DNA of 64,000 nt. It comes from the human T2T-CHM13v2.0 reference genome, Homo sapiens. The number at the start of each line of letters is the position of its first letter. Position 1 is the first letter of the stretch. This document shows positions 30,550 through 44,000 of the stretch, piece by piece. Location of the stretch: NCBI RefSeq assembly GCF_009914755.1, contig NC_060933.1, one strand, 5' to 3'. The position numbers and the translations under genes were made by a program. The notes beneath the pieces are model-generated. The model made no database searches and had not been told where the DNA came from. It was given only the letters and a program-made list of their open reading frames with translations.

Positions 30550-30692
30550 AGGCTGGTCTCTTGAGTCCCTGAAAAATGTATTAAAATTTTGCATGTATGT
30601 GCCTATGTATATTTTTTGAAGAGAAAGCCCTTGGTTTATACATCATGTTCTCAAAAAGAATAAGTGCCCCAGAAGATGTTGAGAACCACTGT
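30550..30692. mobile_element. hAT-Charlie MITE end
   Basis: catgttctcaaaaagaataagtgccccagaagatgttgagaaccactg terminus. Confidence 0.55.
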
Positions 30693-31774
30693 ATGATAAT
30701 GTTATCTAAACCTGTTCACACTGCCCAACACTCACATAGCAGTCCAATCTATTAAGGGGTGCATTTCCTTGCTGACTCATCCTATCAGGAAGATGTCCTC
30801 AAAATGACATGCTGCCAGAGGCCACTGAGGTTTATATGTTGGATGATCAGAGCACTATAAAAAGCTTTCAACAGATAATGTTATCATTTTTTGTCTTATA
30901 GAGCAGAACCTTTGTATGATCCAAAGCACATTTTCTTTGAAAAATGATGAGCTTATCTGTGTCCTTCTTTTGCTCAGACCTACCCTAGGTTCGGTAAATC
31001 TTTTTCCCAGGGCAAGAATACACATCCATCGTTCCCCAAAGCCTCCCGCTTCTGGTAACAAATGCCTGTCACTAGCCAACAATGTTGAATATCTACACCA
31101 CATCTTCTTGTTCAAGGATTTCATCGAGATCTATTTGAGATTAAGGATCATACTAAACTTTGATATAACAGCTGATGTCTGGGGAGACAGTCCAATTGGC
31201 AGAAGAATCCTCCCTTTCTCTAAATTATTGAGGTTTTCTGCATTTTTATGTTAGATAAACAGAAAGAGAGGAATAGAGGGAACGACAGAAAGTACCCTGG
31301 ATATCTAGAACCATTTCTTATTCCCAGTTCTTACACAATCTTGCAAATTTGATCAAAACAACTCTCTCTCTCTCTCAGCTAGAGAGTTGCCACTCTAACT
31401 CACATCCTGCTGTCATCACAAAGGTGGTTCTGTGCAGCTTAAGCAAAAAAATATGTGTGAAAGTGCTTTAAAAATTTTAAAGTGCCAGCAAACTTAAGGT
31501 TGGTCTCTTCTATATTGGGTTTCTGTGATTCACTTGAAGTCTTAGGCCTGATCCTATGTAATTCTACCAAATTTTCACCTCTGGAGTTAAAGATATCATA
31601 TATCATTTAAAATATGGACAACATCACTCACAAAATCAACTCATCTGGGAAGCCTTCCTTGACTCTCACTTGCTGGCTGGGGTGGCCCAGTGTTCAACTC
31701 CCGCAGCTCCTGTGCTTCTTTGGATTGTTGTGCTATAATCACCAGTTTTATTTCTGCATTAATAGATGATACAA

Positions 31775-32000
31775 ATTAGTGGTTCACAGTGTGACTTTGG
31801 AAAAACCCTGCATGGGGTTCAAATCCAGTAACAACCACTTCCTGACTATGTACATTTGTGCAAATCTTTTCACCTCCCTGCGCCTCAGTTTTTCTCATAG
31901 TAAAATTGGGAAGATAATAATATCAATATCTCACATGGTTTGGAGAGGATAAAATAAGTATGTAAAATATTTAAAGCAGTTTCTAATACTTAGTGGAGTG
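31775..32000. mobile_element. MIR SINE
   Basis: gggttcaaatccag...cctcagtttttctcatagtaaaattgggaagataataa. Confidence 0.75.
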
Positions 32001-32469
32001 TGAGTAGACCTCAAGAACTAATATTATTAGTTTTTAGTTAGCTAATATTATTAGCTCTTTGCTGTGCCAACATGGGATCACCTTTGGTTGCAATAGCGGT
32101 GGAGATACTTGCCTATTCGTTTCCATATCTTCAATACCTGCTGCTTGATAGGTGCTCAACAAATATTAAAAACATGCATAGATAGTATGAATAAATGAAT
32201 GATGTTAAGAAGAACCCTGGTTTAGGGCGGTACACATATTCATGAGCTGGACCTCTTCAATCTCTTGACTTTACCTGACACCTCTGGAACACATTGTTTA
32301 CCTCTATAATTCTTAGTTTCCTCATCTATTAAATGACAGCAGTGGACTAGATAATCAGTTATGACCATTTCATATCCACAGATCTATAAAATGGGATTAC
32401 AGGGTGAGAAGAAGATGAGTTATCTTACCCAAAGTCTACTGATGTGACAGACAATTTACATATAGTATC

Positions 32470-32640
32470 ATGTCAGATCTTCCCAGTGGACTATCAGATA
32501 AATGAGATTGCCTTTATTTTATAAATATAAAAAATGATGAGGCTCAGAGAGGTTAAGTACATTTCCCAACACCACACAGCCAGTAAGTAGTGAAGAAGGA
32601 CTCAACCCAGTTCTGACTAAGGTTAAAGGTCAGTCATTTC
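32470..32640. mobile_element. MIR SINE
   Basis: tgaggctcagagaggttaagtacatttcccaaccacacagccagtaagt. Confidence 0.75.
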
Positions 32641-34239
32641 CACTATTCTACTGAGATGCAAGATATAAAGATAAAACATTAGATATGTGTAACACACACA
32701 CTGCTTCTTGTCAAAGGGAAGCAGAGGCAGTAAGCAGCGAGCAGGTATACTTAGAACAGGTGTCAGGAGAGCTGTCATTTGACATACACATTTAGACATG
32801 TCAGCATCTGTGTTGGGATCCAGATGGGGAGATATTAAGCAGGGGAGATAGTAGCAGCTATAACATTAGCCTTGAGTTAATTGCTATTTTGGTGTCCTTA
32901 TGGAAAGAAACATCCACTGTACATATTCATGCAGCAAATGGAATTTATAACAATTTCTTTGAGTTGGGAACCACTTGTCCTCTCCTCCCTGGAGCTAAGC
33001 CAATGTCTATATTTAACCCAGCGGACTGGGTGGCATTACATTTGGGTGATTATTTATAGAGAGCCTCATGCACGGTCTGCTGAAAAGCCATAGGGATTCT
33101 GCCGACGCGAGGGAAAAGAATAGCTCCAGATGTGTGCGACTGCACGTGAATCCACGTCTGGTCCTTTGTTGGATAGGAATGTCTGGGAGCTCAAACATGC
33201 ATGAGATCTTGGATGTCTCTGCCTTTCATTTTTATTCATAACTCCCAATATGAGGGGTTTTATTTCAACATGTGGGTAGCTAGATCATAAAAATCTTACA
33301 GTTGGAAGGAAATTTGGAGTCATTAGCCCAATCTCCAATCTGATATTTGAATCTTCTGTTCAGTATTCTCATTCAATAAATACTTATTGATTGCAACTCT
33401 AATTTTACTGTTCATCATTTCAACAGAGTGATTGGAAACCTACACTGAGATCTGCTCTAGGACTGCAAAGATGACTGAACATCATCTCTGCCTTTAAGTC
33501 CCAATCTTTAGTTGGAAAGATGACAAGTAGATAGAGATTTTTAAGATAAACAATCAACAAGACAAATGGTGTAATGGAAGAAATCACAGAACATGGTTTG
33601 ATTGCCTGGCACGCAGTGTCTGGCACAGAGAAAGCTCAATAGTAGTCAATAGTAGCCAAGATTAACATTCCCATTTTATTGATGTGGTTGCTGAAAGCTT
33701 TACAGTTGAGTCTTGAATATTAAGTTGGATTTCTACAGACAGAAAAGAAAGTAAATAGGATAGCATGGGAAGAATGAAACAATAGAACATCATCAGGAAA
33801 TGGTGAGAAAACCAGAGTAACTGAAATGTATGCTTCATGATTTAGATGAGACTAGAAAGGTAGATGAGGCTTGTATTTGAGGGCTTTGAATATCATACTA
33901 AATAGTCATAAATTATTCACAATGATTTGATGAGCAAGGGAGTAATGACCTTTTTGTGTCTTAAAATATGCAAAAATTCCTGTATCAGTTGATATTATTC
34001 AAATTTTAGGATTTCATGGGAATGATATAGTTGCAGTCTGGAGCGTTAGTATCTCTGAACCTCAGTTTTCATATCTGCAAGGTAATTTGGGGCATATCTC
34101 CCCCTAAAGAGTTTATATGGTCCAGAAAGGATAAGACTATTAAAGGCAAGTTAAAATTAATACAATTAGATGCTGTAGGGTCTTGTTTCACTAATATGTT
34201 GGTTAAATACTGCAATTATGAATGCATATGCTATTATTA

Positions 34240-34480
34240 ATAGCTACTTTTTATTGATCACTATGTGAAAATTACTTGTCCAAAACACTTTACTAAGTGT
34301 TCACCTTTAATTTAATGTTAAAAACAACCCTATCATGCAAGTGTAGTTAATATTCATTTTGCAAATGAGATACAGTTCAGAAGAGCTAATTAAATGGCTC
34401 AAAGTTATACAGCTAGTAGAGAAGAACAAGGAATCAAGCCCAAGTGTTTCTGATTCCAAAGCCAGTGTTTGCCACCTGTC
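34240..34480. mobile_element. MIR SINE
   Basis: cattttgcaaatgagatac...ctcaaagttatacagctagta...tctgattccaaagcc. Confidence 0.7.
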
Positions 34481-37169
34481 ACTATGAATATGGGACACCT
34501 TTAAAGAGTAGAATGTTTCTCTGTATGGGCTGGACAAGTTAGGAAAGATAATAGGGATTGTTTACCTGTCTTCCTGTGGTCTCAACTCTAAAGGTTCTTC
34601 ACCCCTCCCGGAGCCTACATTCCAGGCCATCCCGAGATTCAATCTTTGTGAACATGTCCCCGTTACTTTTTATTATGTTGCTTGGGGGAATTGTAGCCAT
34701 GAATTTTCTAGCTTATTTTTTTTTTCAGTAAAGCAATGCTTACATGGTCACAGTAAAATGTATACCTATGCCAACCTGATATTAAGGTTTATTGTAATGA
34801 AATCGAGTTAGCATACTTTTTAGTTACCTTAAAGTCACAAATGTGGAACACATCCATCTCTGATGTCTACTGTTTTCTATTTTTAATATCTGAAGGCTAT
34901 ATAGATTTTATTAGGACCCCATCTTCAAGTAGCTGCGCAATCTTAGACAAACCATTAAATTTAGTGAAATTAGTAGGTTTAATTGTTCTGTCTTTAAGCT
35001 TTAAAGCATTACAATTTTAAGCATTTAAGCATTAATTTACATTTTAGTAATTCTATATTCTGGCCCTGGACTAGGTGCCAGAAATCATGGAAACCTGGAG
35101 AGATCATAGTCTCACTCCTCAAGGAATATACAAGCTACAGCAATAAACAGAATCTGACTTAAAATTTCAAGCAAACAATGACACAATACAGCACAAGTTA
35201 ATTTCTCCAAAAATTCCTCGGGCAGCAATTGCTGACAGTGTTGAGGAAAGGATATCATTTGGCTGGGGTGAGTAGTTCAGAATGAGGTCAAGGAGGAGCT
35301 AGGGCTATGATATTGATGAAAAACTTTGACCAACTTCGTGATTCTCTAGAATTATCCTTGATGATAAATCAATGTACATAATGGTTGTTATATTTGCATA
35401 CATTTCTCTAGCCTCTGCAATTATATCTTATATACCAACACTTGTAGAAATACATAAACACATTAACAAAAAGTCAGAAGACTTGGATTCTAGCACCAAC
35501 ACTGTCATTAATTCTGGTGACCATGAGCAAACAGCTAGACCGCTTTGGGTCTAAATTTCTTCACCTATAAAATGAAGACATCAAAGCAGAAATTCTCAAA
35601 TTTCTTTCTAGTTTAATATCATACTCATATGATTCTATATTTGAATAGCAAAGAAGGAAAATTGCACAAGAAAAAAAAATCTACACCTCTGCTAGCTGTA
35701 ACTTTCTAGTGTAAAACCTTTTTGCTATAGCACAAACACAATTTTTTCTTTCTGGCAAAAAAAAAAAAAAAATCAGTTTTTAAAATATGTCCTAAATGTT
35801 CATTAGGTTTCAATGACAATATTATAAACGAATATCTAGTAACAGTCTTGTCACCTATTAATAGCTTATAATTTTAGACAGGTGGAATTCTGGGATTTAT
35901 GCAAATGAAAGATAGGATCCTCTGTTATACTTTCTTGGTAAACCTCCAATATGCTGACTTAATAGCTACAATGTACTGGAAAAAAAGAGAAGACACTCAT
36001 ATATATTATAAGATATAATGAATTATTATTCTAAAAGTAGGCTTGTTGCACTCATTTGCATATAATGTTTAATTTTTACCAAATGCTTCATTTTAATACA
36101 TGAAAAAATGATCACAAACTATAAAAATATGCTAATGAACTTTCTATTGCAAATATATTGTTGCCCGTGATTCTGGAGGTTTATTATAAAAAAATGAAAA
36201 TTTTCAATGGTTAAGTGATTCTTTTAATAAAAGTAATATTGAAAATATTTATACACTTCTGTATTGGAAAGGACCTTAGAGATCATTCATCTAGTTAAAA
36301 CTCCTCATTTCTTAAGGGGCTACTGGGGCTAAGAGAGCTGGAGCAATTTACTCAGGGCCACACAGCTAACCAGTAGCAAATACCAGAAGAGAACCCAGGA
36401 TTCCTGCTGTCCAGTTTAGTGTATTTTTTACTGGATCACATTATCTCAAACAACCAGGTTTAGTGCTTGTATTTCAAATACTCAGAACTCTATTCAGTTT
36501 GGTTATAGTTAACCACTTATAAGTTATTACAGGAATAAAATAAAGGTTGAAGAATAGAGGACAAGACAGAGGCTACCAGAAATGTAGACTAAAGTACAAT
36601 GCAAAACTCTCTCATAAAAGAGTATTTCATAAACCACTGTCATTCAACAATCATCTTCATAATTTTTTGCTATTTATAGACTCTACTATTTATTTGTTTT
36701 TCTTAATTAGTTAAGTACATGCATGTTATAGAAGAACTTGACCATAGTAAATGGAAAGCCAAAAATAATGTGCTTAAAATAAAACACAATAAAAAAATAA
36801 TGAAAACATATTATTGTTCATAACGGAACTTGCTGTGTCTTTGTTTTTCAAAAAAGTGGAGAAGTGGGGCGATTAGCTAGTATTAGAAATCTTAAAGATG
36901 TTAGCACCCAACTAAGATTTTTTCCCTTGACATTTAAAGATATTTGGAAAGGAAATGACTTTCTCCCAATATGATTTGGTGTCTTCAGTGTCCTGTCCCA
37001 TCTAAATCACCTCCTGGACCATCTGTGGTATGCATCTCACCTACCACTTTGGAAAATGCTCGACTAGAATAAGACATCTCAGTTATTGAGGTCTCTGACA
37101 TATTTCCGACTAAGGAACTACACACCAGAGAAACTGAAAGAAATTTCAGCAATCATCCAAGCAACATAA

Positions 37170-37550
37170 TACAGTGGTAAAGTTACAAATGCTGGTAACA
37201 GCAGCCTGGTCTGTACCTTGCCACTTAACTGTAAGAAAAGTGAATTAATTGCTCTGAGTCTCAGTTTCCTTATCTGTAAAATGGTAATAATACCTGTCTC
37301 AAAGGGTTGTTGTAAAATTATCCGAGAAAACATGTAATAAAAATTGTAAACATTTACTGAGTATATTGTGTCAAGGTTTACATATATGATATACTGAATC
37401 CTTGCACAGTCTTTTAAAGATAGACATTATTAATCTCATTTTATACTTTAGAAAACTGCAGCGTAGGAAATTTTGATTCCCCCAAGCTGGTACATGCCTG
37501 AACAGGAATTAAAGCTTATGTTTTCTTATCTCTAGCTCATACCTTCTTAG
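37170..37550. mobile_element. Two adjacent MIRs in opposite orientation
   Basis: ctctgagtctcagtttccttatctgtaaaatggtaataatacc then cattattaatctcattttatactttagaaaactgcag. Confidence 0.65.
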
Positions 37551-37682
37551 CAGTTATGCTCTAGACATGCAGATACAATGGTTAGGGAAAAAGAGGATAT
37601 CTCAGATGGATGGGACACAAGCAAAAATGTCTATATATAAGATGGACAGAGGTGGCAGAGGATGCTTTAGTTTGATTATTAT

Positions 37683-38030
37683 ATTAGTTAGCTACTGCTG
37701 CAAACATGCTGCATAGCAAAACACTCCAAAACTCAATGCCTTACAACAACAGCTTTTTCCTTTCCACTCACACTCCAGACTTCGTGTTTGGTGCATATCA
37801 ATGCCACATGTGTCGGCTTTCACCTCGGATGACCAGCTACTCAGATCTGTTCTCATGGTGGGTGACAGAAGCTCAAGAGAACAAACCAAATTGCATGTAC
37901 ATATTTAAGACCTCACCTTCCACTAGCTACAGCAAAGAGCCAAATCTCAAAGTGGAGCTGGATATGATACTCTACCCCATTGGGAAAAGAGAGGAAAATA
38001 AATATTCTGGAAAATATTTTAGTGTATCAC
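37683..38030 (-). mobile_element. MLT1 LTR (H/I-like)
   Basis: tattagttagctactgctgc...gcatagcaaaacactccaaaactcaatgccttacaacaac. Confidence 0.65.
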
Positions 38031-38779
38031 CCTTATGATGGAGAATCTACCAAGAGGGGTAATGAAAAGGTCCCTCAGAAGACAAATTGGTGTCTGATTG
38101 TGGAGTACCCACATGCCAAAAGGTATGAATATGATTCTATAAGCCACATGGAATCACTGAAGTTTTCAACATGAAGCTTGAATCTCACACATTCTATCTC
38201 ATTTCCTTAGAGCTCCTTTGTTAACCAGTTCACTATACAGTGTTAGCAAAAGGCAACTGTAAACTAATGCTCATGCATAGGTAGAGAACAGTGTAACCTG
38301 AAGCAGCTCAACTGGGAATACTCAACAATGGTGGAGAGGTCAAACATTGTAGCAAAGTTTTAGGGAATAAATAGTAAGGGAGATACCTCTCAAAGTCCAT
38401 GGGCTGGATGACTGTCTACCTGTGCAATTAGGTAACAGAACTATGAGACTGGGGAATGGGGAAAGGGGATATGTCTTTTACTATATAAGACCATTTAGAG
38501 CCTTTAAACGTTGCACCATGTGCATTCATTGCTTGAGAAAAAGATGAATTTAAAGTGATTTCCAAAAAAATAGAATCTTTTTAAAGATTCAATAGCCTAG
38601 GGTGGAATAAATACATGATTGTTCTACTTAATTTTTTTTCCATACTTAAGCTATTGGAAGCAGGGTGAAGAAATGTTTTTCTCCCTTCTGCTTAGAAAGA
38701 GAAAAGTAGAACTCTCCATTTACATATTATGGTATCTTCCCTTTCCACATGTAAGAAGGGTCTCTGGATACACAGCAGC

Positions 38780-39228
38780 TACAAGAGATTTTATTAGTAG
38801 CTCCCATTAGTCACCTTTCCTGAATTCACACCTTTTGCCAAGTGATTTTTTTTTCTTTCCTTTCACTAAAGGAAGAGTACATTTTGCCGTCCCTTAAATT
38901 TGGGCTAAGCCATATGACCTGTTTGGACAATGGACTAGGGGTGGAAATGACAGGGTGCCAGCTCTGAGTCTAGGCTTTAAGATTTGTCTCATGTTCCCAT
39001 TTTCTTTCTAGCACCCCTACCAGTTTCGTGAAAGGAATACACCTGGCTAGCCTGTTGGTCCAAGTCAAGAAGTACATGGAGCTGACCTTACCCAACTCAC
39101 AGCTTTGAGCCACCTAGACGGGCCCAGCTGGTCAGCAGAGCTATTAATATATGATAAATAAGTGCTTATTGTATGGTTTCTGAAATGTGTGGTTTCTTGA
39201 AATGCAGCAATAGGTGGCTGTTTAATAA
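38780..39228 (+). mobile_element. MLT1 LTR (J/H-like)
   Basis: gggctaagccatatgacctgtttggacaatgg...ataaataagtgcttattg...gcagcaataggtggctg. Confidence 0.7.
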
Positions 39229-42113
39229 TAAAAATTGAGAAATATTTAATGCAGGTTCTACTTTTCAAATTGTATGGCCTGGGTGACTTCTTGCCCTCTC
39301 CTAAAGGAAGGAAACAAACACACTGACACCTGTTCTGATGCTATAATATGTCATACATAGAGCTAAAGGCTTGACCTGTATTTTACCTTTTGATGCGCAC
39401 CAAATCCTACAACAGAGGCACTAATAGGTCCCTTTTATAAGAGAGGAAACAGAGACTCAAACAAGTAAACAATTTTCTGAAGTTTATAAACATAGTGAAT
39501 GGCAAAATTTGGATTTTAAACTATTTATATTTGATGTTCCTCTCTCACAGAAAACAAAATGCTATTTTTTTTAGGCAGGCACAGTCTAAAACATACCCCT
39601 TACCAGGAGCTCTTGTCCCTCTCTAGCCAAGTCACATGCCGGACGCTAGAACTATCCTAAGGCATAGCTAAAAACGGAGCTGCTAGGAGAGTGTCAGGGG
39701 ACAAACAGAGTTTTCATATTCATCTCTGGAGAGTTATCTCAGGAGAGGCAAGATTCCCTTCTGGAGACAGGGGCCCTGGGCAGTGTGCAAACTTCTGAGC
39801 TCAGAGCAGCCCCAGCTAATAAATCATTTGTGAGACAATAGCCTGCGGCATCAAGTTACTCCAAGCCCAGTTTTGCCATCTCTGGATAAAAGATTGTGCT
39901 CTGCACTGCAGGCTGAGGGCTGGGAACAATTTGCTGCTTTAAAGTCTTCAGGCTTCTTGCGATACCCTTTGTTTCCAAAGCTCTGAAGCAGGCTTCTTTT
40001 GGGAAAGATAATAGGACCCACTCCTGCTTGGCAGAAGAGGTTCATATGCTGGCTTACTTAAAATGTTTAGGAAGAAGCATCATCCATCTGGGAATTATTT
40101 TGGAAGTTATGACTGACTCTCCCAATGATATTCTCATTTGCTCCTCCCTATAGCTCAGCCAGCTTTTTCACTCCTAAGTTTTGCATAAGAAAACTGAGGC
40201 ACTAAGACTATGAGGGAGTAGACCCTGATTCTGCATCTGATAAGGAGGAAACCTGGATTTGAAATTCTGACTTCTGCAACCAAGTCTGGGGCTTGTTCCT
40301 GAGGATTGGCTCACCTGGTGTCACCAAGCCTGAGTTGCCATCAGAATTAAGCTTTCTTTGGGGATAAGATGTGTCCTCTCCTACTGACTCTCTATGAAAA
40401 TGCAAAGTACCTGCCAAAGATAACTTTGATTGAACCTTTATATGTTGGTGTACACGAGTTGATCATGGAATAATATGGAAAGGATGCACCTTCCTCAAAG
40501 GCATATCTATCCCAACTGCTTCCTTTCGTACCTGGAGAAACAGGCCCAGAAAATGAGACCCATGTTCCCAAGACCATGCAGGTAAGTGTCAGTATTAGAA
40601 ACTCAAACCTATTTCACATGATGCAAGTAGCCCACTGTCCTCCTTACAGAGCCAGTTTGAAGCAAAAAGCATTAAAAAGAGTTTGTTTTTTTTTTTAAGA
40701 GAGTGGGCCCTGTTTGGCCCACTCTCTTATCAGCCCTCCTCCTGTGTAATAATCAAGGCAGATTTTTGTTTTCTCATTTCCCAGGCAGGGCTACGGGCAT
40801 CCAAAGAGATGAAGTACCTTGGTTTGAAATACTCTAGAGCTGAGTGGGTTGCTAGAGATCATGGAGAAAACAACCTCTTCATTTTCCAAGGAAGCTTAGT
40901 AAGATTGATTTATTTTTATTCTACACACAGTTACTGCACAGGGATTATGCTGTATGCCAACTCCAGTGCTGGTGCTAGAATGGTAAAGCACACAAGGCTC
41001 GGTGCCTGCCCTCACAGATGTCACATTCTAATCACAAAAGCAGACATAAAGTCGGTAATTACACAAATAATTACATCAATTAAATGTTGACGAATGAAAT
41101 AAAAGAAACACAGGCAGTCATAAGAGTTTTTAGTGTTCTTGGTGGGAAGAAGGATTTATTTGATCTAATAGGTGAGGAGAGAGTTCTCTTGGGGGGCACT
41201 AGTAAGACATGGGCCTTCCCAAAAGGGAAGAAGAGACCAGAAGATGCAGAGACCCCGAAATGGGAAGGAGCACGTTGTGTTAGACTAACAGACAAAATGC
41301 CAGAGTGATCTGAGGACGAAGAATAAGAAGAGAGAAGAGTGAGTGAGATGGGAGGAGGCTCTGGAGGGTCAGAGCATGGAGGTCTTCGCAGGCTAGGAGA
41401 AGGATTGTGACTTTTAAACAAGAGTAAAAGGAAGCAACTGAAAATGTTAAGTGATGGAGCAAAATGATCAGATCTGTGATTTAAAATAGAAACAAAACAT
41501 GCTGCCTATAGCACTGGGAACAGATCAGAGAGGCACCACGTGAAGGCGCGGCTGCCTCTGACTAGTATGGTGGCCGTGAGAGTGTTGAAAAGTGGATAGA
41601 TTTGTCCACATTTGGGACATAAACTCAGTAAGATTTAGTGATTGATGGTTTATGATAGCAGAAGAAAGAGAGAATGAAAGCTATCAAAAACGATCCCCAA
41701 GTTTATGGGGTAAGAAATTAGGTAATTAACAGAGATGGAAAACACCAGAGGACAATAAATAGACGGGAATGTGTCTGAGGCTGGGCAAAGAGTGAAAATT
41801 TCAGTTTGGGACATGTAGCAATGTTAGGTCAATGACTGGTCATGAGCTCAGACCTCAGAAAACAATTCAGGCTGGGGAGATACATTTGGGAATCATTGCA
41901 TATCGATGATACTCAACATCGTGGGAATGGTTGGGATTCTTCAAGGAGGAAGTGATCAGTGAGAAGGGCAGAGCACAATGGAGCAATGCAGAGAACCCAG
42001 GAAAAGAGGAGACCCACCATCCAGCACTGGAAATGTTTCGATCCAATATTTTAGGTCAAAAAGGAGGGGCTCACAGTAGAAACTGGGAATAAGTGAGCAG
42101 CCTAGTGGGAGGA

Positions 42114-42387
42114 GAATCAAGACAGGATTTCAAGAATAGCTAATGTTGCCCACATGGTATAGACAACAAATAAACTGAACACTTCAGAATGTAGCTTAGA
42201 TTTGGCAACATGAAGGTAGCTGGGGTGGGATGGGATGATGAGCTGGAGTGGGATGGAGTGAATCAAGACAGGATTTCCAGAATGGCCAATGTTGCCCATG
42301 TGGTACAGACATCAAATAAGCTGAATACTTCAGAATGTAGCTCGATTTGGCAACATGAAGGTAGCTGGGGTGAGATGGGGTGATGAG
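42114..42387 (+). repeat. Tandem duplication, 146-bp period, 2 copies
   Basis: gaatcaagacaggattt...gatttggcaacatgaaggtagctggggtg at 42114 and 42260. Confidence 0.95.
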
Positions 42388-42449
42388 GCGGAAATTTGTT
42401 TGAAGTGAGTTGAAGACTGAATGAGGTAGAGAGGAATAGAGACTCCATG

Positions 42450-42697
42450 CCCATGTTCTCACTCATAAGTGGGAGTTGAACAATGAGAACACATGGACAC
42501 AGGGAGGGGAACATCACACACCGGGGCCTGTCGGGGGTGTGGGGGGTGCTAGGGGAGGGATAGCATTAGGAGAAATACCTAATGTAGATGACAGGTTGAT
42601 GGGTACAGCAAACCACCATGGCACATGTGTACCTATGTAACAAACCCACACGTTCTGCATATATATACCAGGACATAAAATATAATTAAAAAAAGAA
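42450..42697 (+). mobile_element. Short L1PA 3' end (~250 bp)
   Basis: catgttctcactcataagtgggagttgaacaatgag...A-tail; TSD agagactccatg / agaaactccatg. Confidence 0.94.
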
Positions 42698-43779
42698 AGA
42701 AACTCCATGAGCAGCAATGTTTTTGAGAAGTATGGATGTGAAGAAAAGCAGAGAAATTTGTCAACAGCTGGAGGGAAATATGTTGCTATCTAATTGTTAT
42801 GGATATATCTGCTGTGTTACCTTGGGCAAGTTAATTAACCTCTCTGTTTAGACAATATAAAAGGAAAATAAGGCGTATTTGTCAACTGCTGAGAAGACCA
42901 AAATGGAGAAGGAGAGGTTGATGATGAAGAACAGAGGTTGAATGACAAGTGGAACTGGCTGGAGGGAATGGGAGTACAGAGCACAGGCAGAGGGAGTGGT
43001 CGCTGGCATGAGAGACTGTTTCTGCTGCATTGGAGAGAAGAAGTGAAGAACTGGAGCAGGCACAGGTAGGGTGCCCATGTGAGTTAGAGAAAACCTGACC
43101 TGAAGGCCACTTGTGATTCAAAACCCAGTGAATATGAGGAATTAAGAAATGAGCTAGGGAAGAATTGAAGACAAATGTGACTGATGTGACTGATTTCTGA
43201 GTCACTCCTCTGGTCCATGTGGTGGGTAGGTCCACACTGTTTGTGGGTGGAAGCCCCAGGCCAGACCCCGAAGGTTTGAGACACAAGTGAGAGCACTGTC
43301 AGTGCACTGAAATCAGAGACAAGATCCCATCAAATCAGGCTCAGCTGGGTCACAGTGCACAGTGGGGCTGCAGAGGCAAGGCACACAAGTGTTCAAGTGA
43401 TTAATCTCTTGTCTCCATTACTCTAAATGAGCTAAACAAATCCCTTGCTGGGCCTGTCGCACTGATGTTCTGCATGCAAATTGTTCCTAATGAGCAGGGC
43501 ACAGGGCTGGTCCCCTGGTTGGTAAATCCATTCATTTCACAACACATTGTCTGGTTCACATATTTCTGTGACACAATCCATTGGCAGATGAGCTGTTAAA
43601 TGAAACACTGGCCACTCAGAACTGCTTTAGAAATGTGCTGTCTTATTCATAAGGAAGATGTCTTTCGTGCAGTGGACTCAGGATTAGAGGACCTTGGGTG
43701 CTTGTTCTGATTTTGACAATTTTCCCTTCTCTGAGCTTCTACTTCTTACATACACAAAATGAGGCATTTGGGCTAGATG

Positions 43780-44000
43780 TGGTGTTTCCAAAGTGTTCGG
43801 TGGCATTTTTGTAGTTTACAAAACACATCTTAAGAGGGTTCCATAATAAAGTAGAGTGGGAAAATACAGGGTTGAGAAACTCAACAAGTTTTGTTTTTTA
43901 TCATGAGACATCTCAGAACCATCAGTATGTTAACTTGAATTGTGAATATTTGATCAAACAAGCATGTTTTAAAACAGACCTTTTTGATCAAATCTGGGAG
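43780..44000. mobile_element. hAT-Charlie-type MITE fragment
   Basis: gtgtttccaaagtgttc...gttccataataaagtagagtgggaaaatacagggttg...ctcagaaccatcagtatgttaac; subfamily uncertain. Confidence 0.45.

Larger units (their letters stand above)
40930..42790 (-). mobile_element. Long L2 fragment interrupted by a tandem duplication and an L1 end
   Basis: ggtgcctgccctcacagatgtcacattcta...atgatcagatctgtgatttaaa...ttcagtttgggacatg...ggctggggagatacatttgggaatcatt...gatttggcaacatgaagg. Confidence 0.7.

Noticed and set aside
40208-40417. Possible minus-strand coding exon ending at ccag|gtgagc (~40314)
   Set aside because: The peptide is unrecognisable and no partner exons were found; splice-like motifs alone are insufficient
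42114-42387. CRISPR-like or regularly spaced repeat
   Set aside because: Only two long copies with no spacers, in eukaryotic L2 sequence
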